Source of the DNA: an uncultured Alphaproteobacteria bacterium
Lineage (GTDB): Bacteria > Pseudomonadota > Alphaproteobacteria > Methylaequorales > Methylaequoraceae
DNA length: 64,000 bases
Reading direction: 5' to 3'
Assembly: GCA_902595755.1 (NCBI GenBank)
Contig: CACJRF010000006.1
Location: 5,911-69,910 of the forward strand
A program made the position numbers and the translations under genes. The notes under the pieces are model-generated. The model saw only the letters and a program-made list of their open reading frames with translations. It searched no databases and was not told the DNA's origin. Each line of letters starts with the position of its first letter. The stretch's first letter is position 1. This document shows positions 59,129 through 64,000 of the stretch, in pieces.

Positions 59129-60310
59129 CTATTTTAAAAATTTAATGAATTTTCCCTCAATGGCATCATTTTTATTGCTAGGGTTTAGTGGTTCAATCTC
59201 AGAAAAATCATCATTTGTATTTTTTACTGTTACTACAATCCAGTCATTCATATTCATATCATTTCCATTTGGTGAAATTATTCCAACTTTCCCTTTTTTT
59301 AAACCTTGGTTAGCACCTAAAGAAACAATTATCTTATTATCAACTTTTCTAGCTAATGCTTCAAGTGGATGACATTTTAATTGGTCCATTATTCTATATT
59401 GTACTTTAGATAAACTTTTATCCACTAATACTTTAATTTTATCGTATGGCTTTCTATAAAAAGCGTCTATATGCTGATAACCTGTTTGTTGTCCCAAAAG
59501 AAGAGAGAATTGATATTCTAAACTACTTATCAATTGAAAATTTCTATTTTCATAAATATCTAAAGTTAAATTTACTAATAACTCTTTGGAGAATCTTCCA
59601 ATTTTTCCGTTAATGCTATCAATAAGAATTGTTGGATGAACTGCAAATTCTCCATCTTTTAATGAGACACTCCTGCCGTCAACTATGTTATCATAATTTA
59701 AATCTGATGATTTAATACTAAGACTCTTTGGATTAAAAAAAACATTAGATTTATCTTTTAATCTTATGAAATCGATTTTTTTTAAACTTTGCCTAATATT
59801 ATGTGATATTGCCTTAGGTAATTTATGAGTCCAGGGATCTAATTTACTTGAAACTGTAAAATGTGGAGATAAATACGAAACGTTAACATAAGGTCTTTCG
59901 CTACAACTTGATGTTGAATTAATATTAACTAAATAAGCTTTAATTTTAACGGAATAATGTGTCTTATCTGCTTTTTCATCTATTATAACAAAGTCAGTTA
60001 TGGTCGATGCAGGTCTAACCAAAAGATTTTCATTTAGTCGTGTTAAACTATCTACATTGGAATATCCATCAACTTTTGCTCCACCTCTCAGGCTTGCCAG
60101 GTAAAGTGCATCATCCAATGCTCTTTTTTTTGCTAGCTTTTTATCTCCGTCAATAATTACTGCACGTCCTTCAGTTATTATCTCTTTAACATTGTATTCA
60201 CTTGCAAGAGTGTAAGTTGATAAAAGAAGAACAAATAAAACACTAGAAAAGAAAAGAACTAAATCTTTTAGTACTACGTCAAATTTATTATATTCAATTT
60301 TCTTTAACAT
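59129..60310 (-). CDS. flgT: Flagellar H-ring/T-ring assembly protein FlgT
   Basis: FlgT-N pattern EGRAVIIDGDKKLAKKRALDDAL...GGAKV; C-terminal IVSLGANQGLKKG; adjacent to flgP. Confidence 0.8.
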   Translation of the reverse strand: MLKKIEYNKFDVVLKDLVLFFSSVLFVLLLSTYTLASEYNVKEIITEGRAVIIDGDKKLAKKRALDDALYLASLRGGAKVDGYSNVDSLTRLNENLLVRPASTITDFVIIDEKADKTHYSVKIKAYLVNINSTSSCSERPYVNVSYLSPHFTVSSKLDPWTHKLPKAISHNIRQSLKKIDFIRLKDKSNVFFNPKSLSIKSSDLNYDNIVDGRSVSLKDGEFAVHPTILIDSINGKIGRFSKELLVNLTLDIYENRNFQLISSLEYQFSLLLGQQTGYQHIDAFYRKPYDKIKVLVDKSLSKVQYRIMDQLKCHPLEALARKVDNKIIVSLGANQGLKKGKVGIISPNGNDMNMNDWIVVTVKNTNDDFSEIEPLNPSNKNDAIEGKFIKFLK

Positions 60311-60315
60311 AAAAC

Positions 60316-60831
60316 CTATAATGTTTGGGCACTTCTAAATAAATATGCAACCATATCTTGATCGATCTCAAGAACTGTTTCATAAGTATCAGAGCCTGTT
60401 GGATTAATTCTGACAGTCCTGGCCCCTCTAATTACGCCAGAAACAACACCACGAAAAGTATCATTTTGTACCATTAAATCAATAACAGTAGTATTACTAT
60501 CAACTTTAAGACCATGAATTTGTTCAGCTAAATCTCTCATTGCTGACATACGCGCAGATCTAATTGCCATCAACCTTTTTTGCTCAATACTTTGACCAGG
60601 TTGACTTGATACCACTGCATAACCAGTAGCAGTTAGGGTTGGAAAATTAATGGAGGCCCCGTCCAGAAGGTCTCTTGTTTTATTAAGTTGACTTGTTGGA
60701 GCTGAATAATCAAATTCATCTGCTGTTTGACCTGCTTGCTTATTTGCTAAATTTCCTCTCATATTGTCTAGAAAATTTGAAGAACATGATTGTATAAACA
60801 GTGCAGTAAAAATAATTAAAATATATTTCAT
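60316..60831 (-). CDS. flgP: Flagellar outer-membrane lipoprotein FlgP (LPP20 family)
   Basis: Lipobox IQS-C; LTATGYA...RLMAIRSAR...RDLAEQIHGLKV...VSGVIRGA. Confidence 0.85.
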   Translation of the reverse strand: MKYILIIFTALFIQSCSSNFLDNMRGNLANKQAGQTADEFDYSAPTSQLNKTRDLLDGASINFPTLTATGYAVVSSQPGQSIEQKRLMAIRSARMSAMRDLAEQIHGLKVDSNTTVIDLMVQNDTFRGVVSGVIRGARTVRINPTGSDTYETVLEIDQDMVAYLFRSAQTL

Positions 60832-60864
60832 ATTTACCTCAATAAAAGTTGTTTGAACAATTTG

Positions 60865-60880
60865 TGCATAAATTATGCCA
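60865..60880 (-). promoter_or_regulatory. sigma54 promoter of the flgP-flgT-LysM-flgA-flgM operon
   Basis: Minus strand TGGCATAATTTATGCA (GG-N10-GC). Confidence 0.75.
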
Positions 60881-60892
60881 AAAAAAAATTAA

Positions 60893-60912
60893 ATAACTGA
60901 ATCACTAGTTAT
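60893..60912. promoter_or_regulatory. Inverted repeat containing a GANTC site, between two divergent sigma54 promoters
   Basis: ATAACT-GAATCACT-AGTTAT; GAATC at 60899-60903. Confidence 0.4.
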
Positions 60913-60915
60913 AGG

Positions 60916-60931
60916 TGGCATATTCCTTGCA
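60916..60931 (+). promoter_or_regulatory. sigma54 promoter of the flhA-flhF operon
   Basis: Plus strand TGGCATATTCCTTGCA (GG-N10-GC). Confidence 0.8.
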
Positions 60932-61029
60932 TCTACATAACATATGAGTTTAAAAAAAAGAAAAAGCGTGTTTTCCGTGGGTTTTAAAAGTCATTTTTTT
61001 GACAATTTTCATAACTGTAAAGGTTTTTT

Positions 61030-63177
61030 ATGGATCTAGTGCTAAAATCATTCCAATCACAAAGCTTAATTAGTTTTGTAAGAACATTTAGTATACCAAT
61101 CGGTATAATGATCCTTGTGGCTATGATGGTAATTCCATTAAGTCCTTGGATGCTAGATATTTTATTCACCACTAATATTTTAGTTTCATTACTGGTATTG
61201 ATGGTTGCTTTACAAACTTTCAAGCCTCTTGATTTTTCTAGTTTTCCAACTGTATTACTATTTGCTACGGTTTTAAGATTAGGATTAAATGTCGCGTCAA
61301 CAAGAGTGATATTAGGTTCTGGACATAATGGAACAGATTCAGCAGGTAGTATAATTGAAGCTTTTGGTGCGTTTGTTATGTCAGGTAGCTATGCAGTAGG
61401 CTTATTCGTTTTTACAATATTAGTAATCATCAACCTAATAGTTATAACAAAAGGGGCTGGAAGAGTATCTGAAGTAGCGGCTAGGTTTACTTTAGACGCT
61501 ATGCCTGGGAAACAAATGGCAATTGATGCTGATCTAAATGCAGGTGTTATTTCTAGTGAAGATGCTAAAGAAAGGAGAGCAGAAATAGCAAAAGAGGGCG
61601 AATTTTATGGTGCAATGGATGGTGCTGCAAAATTTGTAAAAGGTGACGCTATAGCTGGTATTTTGATACTGGTGATTAATATAATAGGTGGTTTGGTTAT
61701 AGGAACTACTCAACATGATCTTTCTTTATCTGATTCTGCAGAATCATATATACTACTAACCGTTGGAGATGGGCTAGTCGCACAAATTCCTTCATTGCTT
61801 TTAGCAATGGCAACAGCAACAATTGTAACTAGAATATCTTCAGATAAGGATGATCTGGCTGGACAAATCTCTTCCCAGATGGGTTTGTCAAAAGCATGGG
61901 TGCCAGTTTCTGCAGTTTTATTATTATTTGGACTAGTTCCGGGTATGCCCAATACTTTATTTATAGCAGGATCAATATTTTCTGGAATAATAGCATGGTT
62001 TACCTCAAAAAATAGAGAAATCAATCTTAAAGATAAAGAGTTAAAAAATGAGGAACAAGATGATTCGGATGCAATTGGAAAAATTGATATTGATGATGTA
62101 TCTGATAACGCATCTATATCACTTGATTTAGGTTATGGGTTAATTTCTATGGTGGATTCAAATGACAAAAAGTCAGCTGGTCCACTAATATCAAAAATTA
62201 CTGGTATCAGAAAACAAGTTTCTAAGGATTTAGGTTTTATTATACCTAATGTCAGAGTAAAAGACGATTTATCATTAGATTCTAATTCATATAGAATTAG
62301 AGTTGGTCATACTATTGTTGCACAAGATAAAGTTTATGTTGATAGAAAACTTGCAATGCCAAGTGATGAAACTCAGTTAAAGATACAAGGAATACAAGTT
62401 GAGGATCCAACTTTTGGTTTGGAATCATTTTGGATCGAGCAACATTTGGTCTCAAAAGCTGAAGCCAATCACTACATGATAATAGAACCTGAGGCAGTAA
62501 TAGCTACTCATCTTAACAATGTTCTTCTTAGGTATTCAGGAGATTTAATTAGTCAGGATGATGTTCAATCACTTTTGGATAATCTTAGTAAATCTAATCC
62601 TCAACTTGTTCAATCAGTTGTTCCAAAATTAGTACCACTTCACCATTTAACAATTATCCTTAGAAACCTTCTTACCGAGAGGGTTCCAATAAATGACTTA
62701 AAAAAAATCTTAGAGGCATTAACTAATCTTTCAGAAAAAAAACTTAGTCCTGAAGAATTGTCTGAGGCCGTAAGGCCAGCAATATCATCTTTATTAATTC
62801 AAAAGATTTCTAATATTAACGAGTCATTGAATGTCGTTACTTTCAACCCAGAATTTGAACAGATGCTTATTGCGATGTCAAAGAAAAGTGGTTCTGAGGG
62901 AATTTTAATTGATCCAGAACTTGCTAAACAAATGATCAACTCTCTAATTGAGGTTGGGGAAAAGTTTACAATGGATGGTCAACCGTTGGTAATTGTCACT
63001 TCGCCAATAATAAGGAAAGATATAGCTATTTTACTTCGTCAACATATAGAGGATTTAGTTGTACTTTCATTTACAGAATTACCAGAAAATAAAAAGGTAA
63101 AAGTTGTATCTACTATTGGAGAAAAAATAAATAATAATTCACAAAAGGAGAAATCTAATGAAAACACAACTGTTTAA
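61030..63177 (+). CDS. flhA: Flagellar export gate protein FlhA
   Basis: DFSSFPTVLLFATVLRLGLNVASTR, RFTLDAMPGKQMAIDADL, FYGAMDGA, LTVGDGLV. Confidence 0.98.
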   Translation: MDLVLKSFQSQSLISFVRTFSIPIGIMILVAMMVIPLSPWMLDILFTTNILVSLLVLMVALQTFKPLDFSSFPTVLLFATVLRLGLNVASTRVILGSGHNGTDSAGSIIEAFGAFVMSGSYAVGLFVFTILVIINLIVITKGAGRVSEVAARFTLDAMPGKQMAIDADLNAGVISSEDAKERRAEIAKEGEFYGAMDGAAKFVKGDAIAGILILVINIIGGLVIGTTQHDLSLSDSAESYILLTVGDGLVAQIPSLLLAMATATIVTRISSDKDDLAGQISSQMGLSKAWVPVSAVLLLFGLVPGMPNTLFIAGSIFSGIIAWFTSKNREINLKDKELKNEEQDDSDAIGKIDIDDVSDNASISLDLGYGLISMVDSNDKKSAGPLISKITGIRKQVSKDLGFIIPNVRVKDDLSLDSNSYRIRVGHTIVAQDKVYVDRKLAMPSDETQLKIQGIQVEDPTFGLESFWIEQHLVSKAEANHYMIIEPEAVIATHLNNVLLRYSGDLISQDDVQSLLDNLSKSNPQLVQSVVPKLVPLHHLTIILRNLLTERVPINDLKKILEALTNLSEKKLSPEELSEAVRPAISSLLIQKISNINESLNVVTFNPEFEQMLIAMSKKSGSEGILIDPELAKQMINSLIEVGEKFTMDGQPLVIVTSPIIRKDIAILLRQHIEDLVVLSFTELPENKKVKVVSTIGEKINNNSQKEKSNENTTV

Positions 63178-64000
63178 AGCAAAAGATATGAAATCAGCTA
63201 TAAACCTAGTTAATAATCAATTTGGTGAGAATGCTGTGATTTTATCGACTCGAAAAAACAATGGTATAGTTGAGGTTGAGGCATCTGACAGTGATGATGC
63301 TATTCATAACCATAAAGAAAAATTAAAAGAGAAAGAAAGTTTTTCTAAAGTTTTCATGAAGGAAATAAAAAACGAGAATGATAATATTTCATTTATTGAT
63401 AAAGGAAATAAGGAAAATTTTGTCAATAAGAAAAGAGATGATGTCTACGAAAAGATTAAAAATGAAATTACATCTTTAAGAGATGATTTGAGTAGAATGG
63501 TTCTTACAGACCAGACTGGAATATCTGACGAACTGTCCTATCTTACACCAATCAAACTTAGACAAGAAAAATTTCTACCTGAATTAATAAATCAACTAAG
63601 CTATTCATTCATTGGAAAAAACTCTGAAGATGGAAGAATCTCTTTTTTTAGAGAATTATCTAGAAAACTCTCTTCAGATGATATTTCAAGAATGGTAAAC
63701 GCCAGAAATATATTTATATTTGGAAATTCTGGCTCAGGAAAATCTACTTTATCAGCAAAAATTGCTTCATTTTTATCTGATAAAAAATCCACTAAAGAAA
63801 TTAATTTCATTGATGTATCAGGTTCTGGTACAACGCATTCAGATATTTTACGATCTTACAGTAGAGTTTTGGGATTTCCAATAAAAGATCACAAATATTT
63901 CGATTTCAATGAAAGTCAAACTACCGAAAGCTCAAAAATAAATATTTTTGATTTTTCTGGGGACCTAAATTTTAGTCTACAAAAAATTAAAGAGATAAAA
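63158..64000 (+). CDS. flhF: FlhF SRP-type GTPase homologue, 3' truncated by window edge (not in ORF track)
   Basis: AAGGAG then ATG at 63158; MKTQLFKAKDMKSAINLV...FGENAVILSTRK N-terminus; P-loop GNSGSGKST; frame open to base 64000; directly follows flhA. Confidence 0.85.
   Translation, partial: MKTQLFKAKDMKSAINLVNNQFGENAVILSTRKNNGIVEVEASDSDDAIHNHKEKLKEKESFSKVFMKEIKNENDNISFIDKGNKENFVNKKRDDVYEKIKNEITSLRDDLSRMVLTDQTGISDELSYLTPIKLRQEKFLPELINQLSYSFIGKNSEDGRISFFRELSRKLSSDDISRMVNARNIFIFGNSGSGKSTLSAKIASFLSDKKSTKEINFIDVSGSGTTHSDILRSYSRVLGFPIKDHKYFDFNESQTTESSKINIFDFSGDLNFSLQKIKEIK

Noticed and set aside
60944-61072. 42-codon upstream ORF overlapping the flhA start
   Set aside because: No RBS or recognisable motif; likely chance in an AT-rich leader.
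1188-63810. About 40 short alternative-frame or antisense ORFs in the track (e.g. 1188, 7890, 10531, 12187, 17799, 20729, 23323, 26056, 37253, 38706, 55950, 57516, 59052, 61710)
   Set aside because: They lie within well-supported genes, have no recognisable motifs, and are expected shadows in AT-rich coding DNA.
1-64000. Long A/T homopolymers as phase-variation tracts
   Set aside because: Very frequent throughout this AT-rich sequence, and no gene in the window is visibly frameshifted at one.

Overview
A very AT-rich (spot counts roughly 20-35% GC), gene-dense window from an alphaproteobacterium; streamlined and probably marine by inference. Bases 1-43590 are core genome in familiar alphaproteobacterial order: the 3' end of a soxF/fccB-type flavoprotein gene, then purF-cvpA-mlaFE-alr-dnaB, rplI-rpsR-rpsF, fabDG-acpP-fabF-mltG-gmk, rsmA-pdxA-surA-lptDGF, pepA-holC-ndk, purNM, hda, rnd, aspS, rpmG, rnr-topA-plsY-pyrCB, ruvX, gatCAB and tRNA-Ser(GCT). 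Several usual neighbours (radA, dprA, ppk/ppx) are missing from their syntenic slots. After the tRNA comes a UV/oxidative-stress block: MAPEG protein, CPD photolyase, an apparently Fe-S-free (6-4) photolyase, DUF2256 and a 1-Cys peroxiredoxin. From about 49.2 kb to the end is a gammaproteobacterial-style flagellar cluster resembling Rhodobacter sphaeroides Fla1 (flgBCDEF, flgP-flgT-LysM-flgA-flgM, flhA-flhF). It has readable sigma54 and sigma28 promoters, a giant 1298-aa hook protein with a ~880-aa nested insertion, a stand-alone FimV/HubP-type LysM protein, an orphan acidic tandem-repeat protein and an FlhF with eroded GTPase motifs. Four CDSs missing from the ORF track were recovered by hand (COX-IV-like smORF, rpmG, DUF2256, flhF), and purM appears to start at ATT. 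No CRISPR array, integrase or IS element was seen. All calls come from motif recognition by eye; no database search was run.
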